A stretch of 64,000 nt of DNA, taken from Gnetum montanum (lineage: Eukaryota > Plantae > Gnetophyta). The translations under genes were made by a program, and so were the position numbers. Shown here piece by piece: positions 12,801-27,058 of this stretch (within the stretch, counting starts at the first letter, position 1; every line of letters begins with the position of its first letter). Below the pieces are notes generated by a model. The model saw only the letters and a list, made by a program, of their open reading frames with translations, had not been told where the DNA came from and searched no databases. The stretch is taken from positions 305,384 through 369,383 of the forward strand of contig MNCI01002357.1 in the NCBI GenBank assembly GCA_015680685.1, written 5' to 3'.

Positions 12801-13728
12801 TCATGGGTGGAATTGTAGGAGGCAGTATGTTGTAATGAGGGGATCAATGCACTTGCATGCCAGTCATGGCCCACTGTCCAGTCATGATTTGTGAAGGAAC
12901 ACCCTGAACTTGTTGAGTCAAAGTGGTGAAGGGTGTCCCTTGGGTTTGAATTCATGGTATATAGTGAGTGGATATAGAAGCGGGTCTCACAGATGGCATC
13001 CCAATCACTTGGGGTGGGAAGGTCACACCTACATTATTTTGAGTAGGCTGTTGTTGGGGTTGTACTTGTAAGAGAGGGGATAACGTAATGATGGCAGGAA
13101 TAGTGGAGATGGGTACATTGAATTGAGTATCAGTCACTGGGAGAGTGGGAATAAGAGTGGATGGTTCTGACTGAGGCACATGTGTTTGAGTGGTCTTAAA
13201 TGAATGGAGGGACATAGTCTCCCCTATGAAAGTATGGAATAGCAGGTTCGCGTAAGTATGCGGACTGAGAGTATGGTATGAATCCTCATGTTTGGACTGA
13301 GCCGCAAAGTCATCCTTCTCTTCTAACTAAGGATTTGGCATGGACTGGTCTAGGGTCTGACTCCTTGCTAGGAGGAGCTGTGAGATGAGCTCAGAGTAGT
13401 GCTCTGGGAGAGGGATGATGTCATATGGGGAGGGGATGAACTCATGCCCTCCCTTATTGACCAATTCATACTGTTTCTTAGCCTCCAGTTCAGTTTGATC
13501 TATTGCCAAGCTGGCTTGGATCTTTACACATATAAAATTATACTGTTCTTGTGTTATGATGTTAAATGATGGATTCTTCCCTTGTAGTCTGAGAGATCGG
13601 CAAGGTCCCCCCCGAGAATTAACCTCACCGTGGACCCCTATGGGTTGCATGATGGGTATCGGCATTGCCGTGGGGCCAATGATATTCGGAGTGGACTTGG
13701 TTGAAACATTGGTATTGGTAGTATTCAT
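9837..13728 (-). pseudogene. gag: gag-protease polyprotein, decayed
   Basis: Capsid (KYNREGDPNAHL..IFAMSLTGRALD..), nucleocapsid-like region, protease VHVDDGVATNV...FNMILSRPWL; several stops. Confidence 0.9.
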
Positions 13729-13835
13729 GATGGAAAGGTTGTAAGTGTAACAAGATAGATGGGAGATAGTGTCAGCGTGTACAGGTGAGGATTTGGCTAA
13801 GTATGAAATGGGTATACTTGTTAGCGTACACCCGT

Positions 13836-14061
13836 AGCGTGCAGCCTGTCTACACAGCATACACCTAAGTTTGACAGCGTGCAGCCTGTCTACATAGCGT
13901 ACACCTAAGTTTGACAACATGCAGCCTGTCTACAAAGTGTACACCTAAGTATGATAGCATGCAGCCTGTCTACATAGCGTACACCTAAGTCTGACAGTGT
14001 GCAGCCTGTCTACATAGCGTACACCTAAGTCTAACAGTGTGCAGCCTGTCTACACAGCGTA
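13836..14061. repeat. 40-bp tandem repeat in the 5' leader (about 5.6 copies)
   Basis: GCAGCCTGTC recurs at 13841, 13881, 13921, 13961, 14001, 14041. Confidence 0.95.
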
Positions 14062-14259
14062 TGGACTAAATCCTAGTGTACAGGCTTCAACAACCAGCAT
14101 ACAGGGTGAACAGGCAGTGTACAGACAAAGTGGAAAACATGCCAAATAGTGTATAGGCTAAATAGCATATACACACTGAGATTGCAGTAGATCTGGTGGA
14201 ATAGGACGTAGATTTGAAAGATTTAAATAGTGGATCAAAGTAGATTTAAGCAACGAGGC

Positions 14260-14277
14260 GCCCTCCTTCTAGCACCA
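14260..14277 (-). other. Primer binding site (TGGTGCTAGAAGGAGGGC)
   Basis: TGG-starting motif 5 nt inside the 5' LTR; same motif at 55806-55823. Confidence 0.85.
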
Positions 14278-14282
14278 TAAAC

Positions 14283-16325
14283 TGTACCGCCTAAAATCGT
14301 TGGTGCCGGGCTGGAACATTACGGGCACTGAAAGATTCACAGATAAGCACAGCAGACCCTGCCTCCGCTTGAGGGCAAGCTGAAAATAGATGAAGGCAGA
14401 GTGCCTTGGATGGTCTGCATGCGGATCAAATAAGGACTTCCCCAACGTTTGCCGCTACAACACGTTGGGTTATACGTAAACTGCAACTAAATGTAAACTA
14501 GTATGAAACGTACAGAAAATGTAAACGTGCGTAAACATAGAAAATGATGTAAACTGTAATGAAATTTGGCCAAATGTATCAAATGTATTGAAAAAGAGTG
14601 TGTACAAAGCACCGGTTTGTACGTAGTTGTGGATCTACACAAGGCGGACGTATAGCCCCGGTTGATGAGGATGGGTGATGACAACTACTAGGAATTTCTA
14701 CAGGCACAGCGTGAATGTTGTATGCTCAGCGTGTAGGATGTATGCCCAGCGTGTGAGATCTATGCTCCCTTGCTCTATGTGTGAAAATCACCAACTTCGC
14801 GAACCCCCCCCCCTTCTGATTTAGTCAAAAATTGGGGTTTTTATATGATCTTAGAGCGTGGAATTCAGATCTCAAGTGGGATGATTAGCTATGGGAGGTG
14901 AAATTTACAGATCTGGCGATAGGTGGGGTGTTGAACGATGGGAAAGAATAAAATTTTACAAGTGTACAGTGTGAACCATGCCAGCGTGTACATGCTGGGC
15001 GTATACACTCCACATGCTGGACATCGTGTGGGCAAGCATGAATAATTTCTGACCAAATTTTGAATTTTGAAGCTATTTTAAGCATGGATATGGATGTCTA
15101 ATGTCCTGAGGATGCTGCCTATCGATTTTGGGCTCATTTGACCTTGATTTGATAGGGTTTTAGGAGGCTCCAAAAGTGTACATGCTGGGCATGCAGGCCA
15201 GCATGTGGGCATGAAAACTGTAGTTTTGGAGCCTAATCTTGTACACTGGAGTTGGATCCTTGTTTCCTAAGTGCTTTTGGTTCTCCAAGGCATCTGGGGG
15301 CTCATTTTGACTGAGTTTTGGGCATGTTTCTAGTGTGCACGCTGTACTGCACGCCAGGCGTGCACTCTGGGTATGCAATGCCAAAAATGACCCTTTTGTT
15401 GTCTAAAATTGATGTTTCTAGAGCCTGTGGACTTGTAGATTCATTGAAAATGCCTTGAGGGCCAACTCCATGTCAAAATATTGCATAAAATTCCCAATCA
15501 ACCTTGTTCAAAGTGGTGCATGCTAGGATGCACGCTGGGCGTGCAAGCCAGCATACAAGCATGAAACTACCATTTTTCAAGGTTAAAACTTGATTTTTGG
15601 GAGCCCAGGATGATGCTTGATGGTTTCCATGCCTATAGGAGTTGATTTCCTATGAAAATCATGCTATGAATGCCTATTTTGGTCTATCTATGATGGTACA
15701 CGCTGGGCGTGCACGTTGGGCATGCAGGCCAACATGGAGGCATGAAAACCCATAATTTGGAGCCCAAAACTTGATTTTTAGGAGCCTGAGATCTACTAGG
15801 AACCTTGGAGAAGGTCCAAGGGAGTCTAGACTTTCATTTCTAGCTTTTTTGGTGAGTTTTTGGTGCTCAAAATTTGCTGCATGCTGGGCTGTACGCTAGT
15901 CGTGCACGCTGGCGTGCAGGAATGAAAACCCATCATTTGGAGCCCAAAATTTGATTTTTAGGTGCCTGAGAGCTACTGGGGACCTTGGGGAAGGTCGTGG
16001 GGGGTCCAGATGCTCAATTTTGGCATGTTTTGGCTCATTTTTGGGGCTCAAAAGTTGCTGCACGCTAAGTTGCACGCTGGGCGTGCAGGCCCGTGTGCAA
16101 GAAGTATACTTAGGTTTGGCTAAGTGTTTTGAGCTTGAAACTTGCAGTTCTTGTTGCTAGATGTTGATGTAGTCTCCAATGGATCTCGGGGAACTTTTAC
16201 TTTCTTGATTCGACTCCGTTTGATGCTGTTTCTGAAGTTCGCAAGTTTTGGTCATACTGGGAAGCATCATGACTTAGCTCGAGTCTTGTTCGAAAGTGTT
16301 AGGTCCAAATTTTTGTGGTGTTTCA
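14283..16325 (-). repeat. 5' LTR of the non-autonomous element
   Basis: TG...CA; colinear with 6239-8235. Confidence 0.95.
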
Positions 16326-16330
16326 CTAGC

Positions 16331-17170
16331 ATAAGACATTTTTTTATTAATAGTCAAATAGTAGAAAGATTAAATATGTCATTTAAAAAACTAAAAATTT
16401 CATTATTTGTGTAAGCCATGGGACACAATGGATACATAGTAGAATATGACTGTAAGGAGCTTTAACTAAGGATATAAGATAAGGAACAAAATATAAATTT
16501 ATGTATTATGGATTTAGAAGAATATGATATTATTTTAGAAATTGATTGGTTAAGTAGATATAATGAATTTCTTTATTGTAAGACTAAGATAGTTCAACTA
16601 GAGTTAAGATATGGATAACAAGTCTTGGTTGGAGCTAAAGCAAGACCCAGTAAAGTTGATTTGATTTCTTCTAATAATTTCATGAAAATGGTTGTGGCTA
16701 TTGCTAAATCTAAAAATAAGAAGGATGATATAGTTGGTAATGCAATAGTTAATGAGTTTCTAGATGTATTTACAAAATAATTATCAAGGCTATCTCTGAA
16801 AAGAGAACTAAATGTAGAGATTACTCTTAAAATAGGAACAAAACCAATTTCTAAGGTACTGTATTGGATGTACCTAGTTGAGTTAGTAGAGCTCAAGATA
16901 CAAGTGTAAGAACTTTTAGATAAAGGTCTTATTCAACCTAGTGTATATTCATTGGGCACACCAATGTTATTTTTGAGAAATAATGATGGATATTCACATT
17001 ATAGATGATTGAACCAAGTTACTCTTAAGAATAAATATCCTCTACCTAGAATAGATGATTTATTTAATTAGTTGAGGGATGCAACTATATGTTCTAAAAT
17101 GGATTTAAAGTTTGGGTATCATTAAATTAGGATTAAAGAAGAAATAATTTTGAAGATTACATTAAGAATA
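16331..17170 (+). mobile_element. Old Tekay/chromovirus-like remnant, right part (protease end and RT N-terminus)
   Basis: YDIIL.IDWL protease end; KNKYPLPRIDDLFN.LRDATICSKMDLKFGYH.IRI RT motif; heavily AT-decayed. Confidence 0.85.
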
Positions 17171-18787
17171 ATCTTCAGAAATTAAGTTAAATTTCTTCTA
17201 ATTATTTACAAAAATAAGAAAAGAGTAAGTTAAGATTTAAAGGTAGATTATATGTATCCAAAGTGGTAAGCCAAAAATTGTTAGAAGAGGCTCATACAAG
17301 TAGATATTGAAACACCTCAAAGAAAATTTTAAGTTGTAAATAGGGAAGCCTTATGGTCAAATTTTGATTGTAAATGTAATTCATGGCCCATATTGACAAA
17401 AATGCTATGAATTACATCAAGCCACAGTATTTGGTTTCCTATAGTAAAAAATGCTATCAATTCATGTCAAAAACGCTCCACTTGTTAGTCCAAGTGTGTA
17501 TGACAAAAACAATGCAATTATGACTAGTGCAAATTGTAAAAAATGTTGTCTAAATATCCAAGAAAGTTGCTAGAACTAAATCAATGGAGAAACAAAAAAT
17601 CATGTTCTTTTTAAGTAAGAATTGACACCATTTTTAGGATCTTTTGGCACATATGAGATTTGTTAACATAGAGATTTTTGAGACCTTTTAGAGCCTTCTT
17701 CCATAGCATTGATTATTGTGAGTAGATAGAACTTGTTGCAACTATCATTTGGAACCAAGTTGATTAAGCTAGAATTGTTCAAAATAGCTGTAGAACACAT
17801 CCTACCTACTTGTGCCTTAGACATTACATAAGAATTTTAGAGAGATCTCTAGAATTTTGTATTCATAGGCTTCAAAGCATTGATCTATACCTTCTAAACT
17901 TGTGTTTTATAATATTTTGTAGTTTTAATATAAAGTTACAATTATTTTGGCCACATGTTTTATCGTCAATTTTTTCTATTATCTCTTGATTCTCATAGAC
18001 TAGCATTGAATTTACCATACTCTCATTTTCTTGCATGTTTTCACTCATTTATCTTAGTAAAAGACTCTTAAGTTCTTAGTTGATTGACAAGACTTCCTAA
18101 GATACCTCAGTCCTTTTCAAGGCTTGTGGATCTTGAGGTAAAACTGTTCCATGTAGATCAATTTGATTTCTACATCAAATTTTTTTGTTGGTAGAAGAAG
18201 GGCCTCTATCTTACTTTCTTCATCCAAACCCAAGTGCAACCATTATTTGCATGTTTCAACCAGTTTACAATAGTGTATTTAATGAATAGGATCTATTTTT
18301 AGTGATTTGTAATACTATTATTTTGGAGCCTTAGTGTCTTATTTTTGGTTTTTCGACACTAATGTTTTTATCCCAGCCACAAGAATCTCCTATGCAATTA
18401 AACCCTATAAACACACTCATCTTTGGCTATATGAATCCTTAAAATTTACTCCTATTTTCTTAGAAATCCTAGCATTACCTTAAGAATGCTATGTTTAAAA
18501 TTTTGTTTTTAATACATTTTTTATAGTTACACTATTTTAATTGCCTATTTTTGTATTTAGAGTTACAATTACAATTATAGTTACAGTTTTATTTACATTG
18601 TTGTAGTTTCTACATTGCTTCATTATTTTACATTCTACATTATTCCATATTTATATTGCTATAGTGTATACTCTACATCTAATTCCTCATTCACGTTGTA
18701 AAATCATACATCATGTTGATATTATCCCTAAGTTCTACACTATTCATGCCTTTTGTGTCAACTATTCTACCTCAAAACATCATTAAT

Positions 18788-21700
18788 ATGGCCTCAAATC
18801 AAGAATTTTCTTGTATTTATCACCCTAAGGACCTAGTTGTAGTGGAGTGTAGGAAATCTCTTAAGTGACTAGGACTCAACCCTTCTCATGTGAACATTAA
18901 TGAAGAACATTACAATTTTATCTACATAGAAATTCAAGTGGGTTTGTGCATCCCACACAAGGAGTTGTTCTCCAAGTATCCATTCAAAAATTTTCACAAA
19001 AATGGAAAAGAATACATTCCCTCCCCATATGACCATATTAAATGATTAGAGTCTTATGAGTGCATTTTAGCACAATTGGTGGATGTAGATGATCAAGTTG
19101 AAGCAAGTGAGGAAGAAAATTTAGAGTAAGAATAAGAGGATCATGATGCGTTTAGAGCTTATTTTGAGATAGGTACTCACCTATGAGATCATTCATAGCA
19201 ATTTATCACTGAAGTAACCATGTTTAACCCTATAACCCCTATCTTAGTAATAAATCAAATGCTTCCAATAATCTTTGTAAATTAAGTTTCTTAACTCACT
19301 TCTTTATTTTCTTCTGTGTACCTCAATACCTTTTTTCACAGTGTCCCAGCCTCCACCAGTAATTTCCTCCATGCCCCAACCCTTCACAGTTTCAGCCAAT
19401 CCCTCTTTTGGACCTTAAGCACAAGATGTTTTATGCAACTTGTTTGTCACTAATACTCCATTCATTCCATATGCTCCAGTGCAAACATTGTTTTCTATGT
19501 TCAACCCTCCTAAAATAGTAGTTACAAGAACCCTATAGTCCATATCGTTGCGTATCCCATGACCTCAAAATCATCCAACAACCAATGCAACTCTTAAGAG
19601 CACCACAAGGCTTGGATCAAGCCTTTCAAATGATCTAGAACCCTACTAAGAAGTTGTGAAAGATCAAAGCCAAAATCACCAAATAGTAAAAATCATGCAC
19701 TTTAATAAATATGATCTAATTAGCCTTGCTATTCCACAAATAACATTACCTATAGGCATCCCCATTCTTGATTTTATTAAATACAATGATGAAGGTGATC
19801 CAAATGCACACCTTACCATCTTTCACTCTAAATATCTTTTATTGCGAGCTTGGCCACACAATGTGCTCTGCATATTTTTTATGTTCTTATTGGCACAAGC
19901 TCTTGATTTGTACCACATGTTACCGAGAGGTTCTATCTCATCGCTTGATGACTTGATTACCTAGTTTGTTAACTGCTTCAAATACGACCTGAAGCTCAAT
20001 ACAACTTTAGACCAAGTTATGAAAGTGAGACAGGGGATTCTTAAACCATTCTAGAAGTTTAGTTAAAGATGGAATGTAACTCTTAATGAAATTCCTGAAC
20101 CCATCTTTTAAACCCACATTTTGGCTATATTCAACAGAGCAATTAATGATTTTATTAACTACTTAGACATCATGATCTCTTAGTCAAGCCTTTTCTTAGA
20201 TCAAGAACATAGAGGATGCTGTAGAATCTAGTAATGATCCAAGTTACATAGCTTACAAGAATCAACATACAAAGAGAGATAGGGATAAGGATAAAAAAAC
20301 ACATGTAGTTGTAGCCACTGTGGCCAAGGATGTGAAACTAGTAGAGGAAAAGAAGACATCTCAACCCAAAGCTCCTTGATTAGTTTCTTAAAAGTAACCA
20401 TATCCAACATAAGCAACTATCATAGAATCCTTTCAAAAGACATAATTTTCTATGTGAGATTGCTACAGATCCAACCATAGCTATAAAATATGATTCAAAA
20501 CTAACAAAGTACTTCAAGCCTGATTGATTTTGCCACTATCATAAACTTCTTAGCCTTAAGAGATGACCTACAGAAAACAATCAATAGTGGATAATTGATC
20601 TTATATGCATCTAATCTTTTGAGGTCCAAAAACTAGAAAATACATGTATACAAGGTCACCTTAATGCTAGTAATGATCCCTATACCATAGCTACATTCAA
20701 TGTTCCTAAGGGACCCAAACTTGGTAGGGAGTCATTTGTAGTTAGGGTACCCCCTTGTAATGATTAGGCATCAACTTCATCAAGTTCAAAAACCTCTTTC
20801 ATTATAAAGATACCACCACCTGCCCCTCCCAAAGAACCATTTATCATTAGAGTTTTTCTCCCTTTTACTAATAAGCCTACAATAAGTGTTGACTAGTGTT
20901 CATATATTATGGCCAATACATCAATATCTTCCTATTCAAACAATAAGAAATTGGCATTAGAACAATGAAAACCATTAGTTCCTAAGCCTAAGACAAAGGA
21001 GAATATCCAACAAAGAGTCTAGAAAGAAGTAGGTCCATTGAAGCATAGCGCAATCTCAACTGTACCCATGAATACTACTGCTCAAATTGCATCAACTAGC
21101 TAGCCTAAAGAGAACCACAAACAAGAGAAAAACAAGAGGTCAAAACAACAAATTCTTAAAAATGAAATCAAAATCCTAGGTAAGATGAAGGAAGTTAAAG
21201 TAAGAAAAATAGAAAAATCATCTACCAATGACAAGGACTTCCTCATAGCTATGGAACAAGTGAAACGCTCACTGAAATAGAAAAACACTTCACTAAGCCT
21301 TTATGATTTGGTTATGACCTTTTCTACTCATCATGAAACACTTGTTAAAATGTTGACATCTATCCCTATTTGTGAGGATATGCCTGCTAGTGAAGAGTCT
21401 ATCCACTTTGTTATCATCCCACCTCTACACAAGGAAGAGTCAAAATAAATCATGTTAAAATTTTGTGATAGTAAAGTTAAGATCAATCCATAGCATAGTG
21501 AAGTGTTGTATGCCCCTCTTTTCATAACCATACTAGTTGGCCAATATAAGGTGCATCATGTTCATGTTGATGATGAAGCTAGCACAAATGTTATCCCCAT
21601 ACCCATTATTGAAGGTTTAGGGCTAGTCAGAAACATTCAAGAAACCTCCACTTTCACACTTAAGTCCTTTAACGGGTTATGGGTAGCAATAAGAGGGTCC

Positions 21701-22156
21701 ATTTTATTAGAATTTATGGTTGGGGAATAATTTTCCATGTCCATTGACTTCCTAGTGGTTAAGGAAACATCAAGCTTTAACTTGATCCTAGGATAGCCAT
21801 GGTTGACTTAGTTGTGAGTATTTTCATGACAAATTTACCAAGAAATTCATCTACGTTGTGAGGGAGCTGAAATCATTATTGATGAAGAGAATGTAGTTTC
21901 CTTGTTTATTAATAATATTAACATTGAACAAGGATCTAAGGTAGAGTTCCAAGAGGAAACTCCCATAGCCAATGATGAGACTAATGATCATAATGAACAC
22001 AATGAAACTGAAACTAATAACACTAAAGTAAACAAGCCTTGGGAGGAACTTCCATTTAGTATTGTGAGTGAAGGAAATGAAGAGTACAAGATTGTACAGG
22101 AAAGGCCTTACCAGTTTTCTAATCTATCAAAGATTAGGAAACAATTGCACAATTAA
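18788..22156 (+). pseudogene. gag: gag-protease, heavily decayed
   Basis: EHYNFIYIEIQVGL..EYIPSPYD; KYNDEGDPNAHL; VHHVHVDDEASTNVIP; PWEELPFSIVSEGNEEYKIV. Confidence 0.85.
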
Positions 22157-22599
22157 TGTATTATCTTTTTCCTTCTCTTGTATATAAGATGTGGCCTCTT
22201 TACTTTAATGCATTATTTACAGTTTTGGTTTTCATTCCTATGCCTTGTTTTACAATTTTATTTTGTTACATTATATTTTTAAGTTTTACTTTATCATCTT
22301 GTTTTTCATTTTAATTTTAATTTAAAACATATATTTAATGTTTATAAACAAATATAAATCATAGAAAAATATAAGATAAAAAATAAGACTAAAAATTTGT
22401 AGCCTCTTAGCAGTGTGAGAAGCAAAGCCTAAATGTAATATCATGTAGTTAAATTAAAACTAGGTAGTTCATAACAATAGCCATAAGAAATACATAATAC
22501 ATAGTATCTAAAACCATACATGTAGCAAAATAAACAACTAGTAGCCATAACACCATAAAAAATAATAAGTGCATCATCATCATAATTTGTAGCCTAGCT

Positions 22600-23270
22600 A
22601 TGGCATAGAAGAAGGGGGAGGAATGTCACTAATGCCATCATTGTCATTCTCTGGTGCCTATAGGAAATAATACATGCAAATATTATTAACCATAGTGATC
22701 ACCAACATAGCCAAATAAAATAATAAAATGGGCATAATATTAAATAAAATTTGCAAACTTGAGGAGATTGAAGAGCAATGTTTTCAAGAGTAAACTTTTG
22801 GAGGCTAGCCTCAAGCTAGTGAAGAATTTCTTCTTTAGTCATGTTAGCCTAGTCAATGTCTCTCAAATACACTCCTACTAGAACCTTCCCCTTCTCCAAA
22901 TCTATCCACTCATGAGGAGAATAGGAAAAGGTAGCCATAGATGTCTCCCCAAATGTAGTCATGTTTTGATGGGTGGAAGAATCAAGAACAACTATCGACT
23001 CCTTGAACCACTTGAAAGCCTATTCAACACCTATACCCTACATGCATAACTCATGTATACATCACTTGATAGCCTCCTCATGCCAAGACATCATATAACT
23101 CTCATTTTCTATCTTGTATTACCTCTTATAAGCGTTTTGTTTCTTGCTTCATCCCAACACCTAAGCATCGTTGTCTCACCACTCTTGTTTCTTGTGAACC
23201 ATCATTTTTATCTTCACATCTTTCTTCAAGTTTCTCTTGGCTATAACAACTCTTCCCTAGATAATGTACC
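22600..23270 (-). pseudogene. Remnant of the last two exons of the antisense accessory gene
   Basis: Minus strand LEKGKVLVGVYLRDID*ANMTKEEILH*LEASL aligns with VDKGKTLADIDLGLDGTDWASVSEEEILCRLEFGL of the 45892-50318 gene; short acidic last exon after TTTCCTATAG. Confidence 0.65.
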
Positions 23271-24300
23271 AATCATAAAGTATACCAACAACTCTAACTT
23301 ATGTAAAAAAGGCTAAAGTTAAAACAACAACACTTATTGTTTGGTAATCCCAATAGTACATTTACTTAGTATGCCCAATGGTAAATACTTGATACTCGAG
23401 CAACAATCACGTGAGTCTAGGATGTGTAAAAAAAAACCAAAAACATATACTTATTCCTTAGGCTATCTTAGATTTTATTTCTTGTACTTAGCTTAATGAG
23501 CTTAGATTTTATTTCTTGATAATGTGGTATTAGCCTAGTGGTATGAGTTTCACCCTAGTAACCCTAAGTCATAGGTTCAATTATAAATTCTATTAAGTAG
23601 TACAAAGTTATAAAATTTTAAAAATTCCATAATAGGAATTTTGAAATTGGTATGATATATCTAAGGAGTCTCATTGGATATAAGTAAAAATTTTAGTTTC
23701 AATTTCAATGTTTTAATATTACTTTAATCATAACCCAATAACATCAATCATTATATGTCCCAATTATACTCAACCATATAAACTAAGGATCATTAGAAGT
23801 GTAGTTGAAAAGATAACAGCCTACAATCATACTTAATGATCCAAATACCCTTCTAATCTAGTCCACGGATTATGATCAAGTCACTTGCAAATGCTTGTGA
23901 CTTGTAAGATCAAGCATAGTGTTTGTATTACCATGCATCATTGGCTTCATTGTCAAGGAATTAGTGCTAATGGTATAGATTAGTTAAATCATTAACAATT
24001 GCTATTGGAAATTCAATGATTTATCCTTTGAAAAATATCCTTATTTTATTAAGTCATGTATAGTAATTTCAAAATTTCTTCTTTTTGTAGAGCTAATTTC
24101 CCATCTACTAATACTTCTATAAGGGAGAATAACAAAAGAATAAGAGATCATGATATCGTATCCTATGAAGTCAACATGATCTATCAGTATCTAAATCCTT
24201 ACTATCTGGAGTATGCCTTTGTCATACACCAAGATGAACAAATGAGATGCAAGAATCTAGAAGACAACATTATGTTCTTGCCTGATTGTGCAAATCCATC

Positions 24301-24392
24301 AATGCTTATGACAACATTAATTAAAGTTTGACTAGAAACAATATGCTTATGACAACATTAATCAATGCTTATGACAAAATTAATTAAAGTTT
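24301..24392. repeat. Short dispersed/tandem repeat ATGCTTATGACAACATTAAT (3 copies)
   Basis: Seen directly in sequence. Confidence 0.7.
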
Positions 24393-25800
24393 TACAACAA
24401 AAGTCCAATGCTAAAAGAACGATTTCAAAGAGGCACATCATAAAGCAGTAAAGCGAAAAAACCCTAACATTCCCTTAACTTCATCATCTAAGAAGAAGCA
24501 TGTTGATCTCTATTTGGGAAGGTTAGAATACCATAATGCTTTCCTCCTCAATGTAGATAAAACAACTAATCCATGACTACATTCAACCTTGGCTAGAAAC
24601 CAAGTGTTATGAAACTTGTACCACAATGTGAAGCAGATGAACCAAGTTTTAAAGCTCAAGAAAAATTGGAAGAATATATTATTATATGAAACATAATGTA
24701 ATATGTTCAGGTAAAATGCATAAACAACTTGATTTCATAAATGCATTTTTATAAACTAAAAGTGCTTAAGGCTTCATGAGAATAATAGTACTAAAACATA
24801 CAACTAACTCCAAGTGTAAAATGTGATCATTTGGTGACCAAGTAGTATTATTGCATGGTTTTTCCAATAGTGAGGCACTTAGTAATCCCAATAACAATTA
24901 CATAAGTTCAAGTTATGTGCGGAGAGTCAAGAATGGATGTCCATTGCCAAGGCTAGACTAGATTCATTTGTTGTTTACTTAGACTTAGAAACCACTTTCA
25001 TTTATCTTATGTTTACTACGAGTAATATGGCCAAAGCAATATCAGTTATCATACATCTCACTATGAGTTAAATCATACACATTGATTTTACTAGCTCACA
25101 TGGGAAGACAATGATCATGAACTCAAACTAATTACTAGCATAATCATATTGCCTTATCTATAGAATTTGATTGGGCTACGCATGAACGCTCATATCTCAT
25201 ATGGTTAGGAGTTGGATTACTCCACTGCTCATCATTAGCAACATTTCCAAGGACAAGTCAATGTCTTCTTAGTAATTGATTTTTCCAAAGTTTGTTGTAT
25301 CAGAAATCCAAAGTCAAAATCTTAATTTTTAATAACCCCAAATAAGTTACACATACATAAGCAACATCTTAAGTCACAAACATGACCTCAAACAAAGATA
25401 CATCACCACCTACCAAGGAGACAAGAAGAAGCAATGACAAAATCATTGATGAAGAAGAATGGGCAATGCTAATATAAACAAGAATCACTTATGCTCACAT
25501 TGATTCTTATTAGTGAGACTTCACTTTCATCTGTCATCAAAATAATCAAATGAGGTGGAGGGACATGCAAGGTAACATAGTCCTAACTCTAAAACATGTA
25601 GCACTAAACATGCTCCAAAGTGCCTTAAGGGGAATGCATTTAAACTAGATCTAGGAAGGGTATCATGTGGTGCAACACATGACAAGATCCTATGAATCCA
25701 CAAAGGGGTAGATGAGGAGAGATGCTACGACGAAGATCAAACATGTACATAGTAAAGGAAAGGAGGAGATAAAATTTAACTTTAGCCTTTTTTACATAAG

Positions 25801-27058
25801 TTAGAGTGGCCATAAGTATGAACCATGCATACCAACCAAGATCTTGATTTTTATGAACATGACATAGAGGCAATTAGATTGCTCCCATTTTTCATAATTA
25901 CCAGTATCATCCAAATGAATAATTGCTATAATAGTAGGTGGTTCATCCTTATGGATAATATAATCAATGTCCATCCAACCTAAATGAAGAACAATTCTCT
26001 CCTTCCACACCTTATAATTATCACCCNGATAATTCATTCAATTATTCCAACCTAAGGTGCCCAAGTGGAGGCCAAAGTGCCAAAGAAAACCCTATAGAAT
26101 GATGCTAATACATTGGCCAACATGAAAAACACTAGAAATCATAAATGATGAATGCTGGATATGTAAGATAGAATGGAAAAAGTGCATACATAATTCACAA
26201 ATCCAGCTATGCATAGAGGAAATAGACATTTGTTAGCCTTAAAATCACTCAAGTTAAACCAAATCATTATACAAACCCCAAAACTAAAGGAGGTGTTTAC
26301 AGAAAGTAGGAAATCTGTGTTAGCATTACCACAGTAGTAATGGTTTCTATTTTCTAGATTTACTAAGCACAAAAATGAAACAAAATGTGAGAGTGAAATC
26401 TCTTTCACTAGGTAAAAACCAAAAGCAAGAAATCTTCCTCAAACTACAAAGCACAGAAATATTTTAAAAAAAACACTATTTCTAGATTGCACCATCGTAA
26501 AAAAGCACATCAAGATAGAGATCTAATTCTTTGATACCAAATGTAAGAAAATAATTATGTAGAAAAATTGGATTACATAAGTAATCAAAGTACAAAATGT
26601 AGAGAAAATGGAACTAACCTCCAACCATTGATGCCTTCGATTAATCTTGTTCAAATGCTTCTTTCACACCAGTGCTCTACAATGATGGTGTATGCAACCT
26701 CCAAGCATCTGTGAAAGGGACCTAAACTACAATCCTACTATGATTTGTCGTGCCTATGTTCTCCCATCAAGAACAAATTTATAGGCCATGGGATCGATTA
26801 CCATAAGAGACCCAATGCCCATGCATAAAAAATACATTACCATATATGGAGAACACATTGATGTGTTAACCAACTCATAAAAATGTGTTAGTATGTATGG
26901 TGGCCACTTTCATGCATTAACTAACCCATAAAACATGTTAGTGGGCATGGTGGCCACTTTCATGTAGTAACTAATGCATACAACGTGTTAGTGGGTAACA
27001 CATGCTACATGGCATGCCTTGATGAAGATGAAATATTTGTAAGATACACATTCTCAAT
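25801..27058 (-). mobile_element. Ty1/copia 5' fragment (LTR from ~26542, tRNA-Met PBS, gag N-terminus)
   Basis: GDNYKVWKERIVLHLGWMDIDY..KDEPP..WEQSN..VMFIK copia gag N-terminus; PBS TGGTATCAAAG at 26529-26539; outer LTR end approximate. Confidence 0.75.

Larger units (their letters stand above)
6239..16325 (-). mobile_element. Complete non-autonomous Tat-type LTR element (gag-protease only; no RT/RH/IN), TSD CTAGC
   Basis: Two ~2-kb LTRs TGTACCGC...GGTGTTTCA; identical CTAGC at 6234-6238 and 16326-16330; PBS and PPT present; the interior encodes only gag and protease. Confidence 0.95.
18177..23300 (+). mobile_element. Decayed, truncated Tat-type element (degenerate PBS, gag-protease, 3' remnant of the antisense accessory gene); an LTR remnant probably lies just upstream
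   Basis: PBS-like TTGGTAGAAGAAGGGC at ~18188; peptides homologous to the other Tat elements in the window; boundaries approximate. Confidence 0.75.

Noticed and set aside
23300-25800. Possible gene or TE remnants in AT-rich DNA
   Set aside because: No recognisable motif, termini or splice-consistent frame
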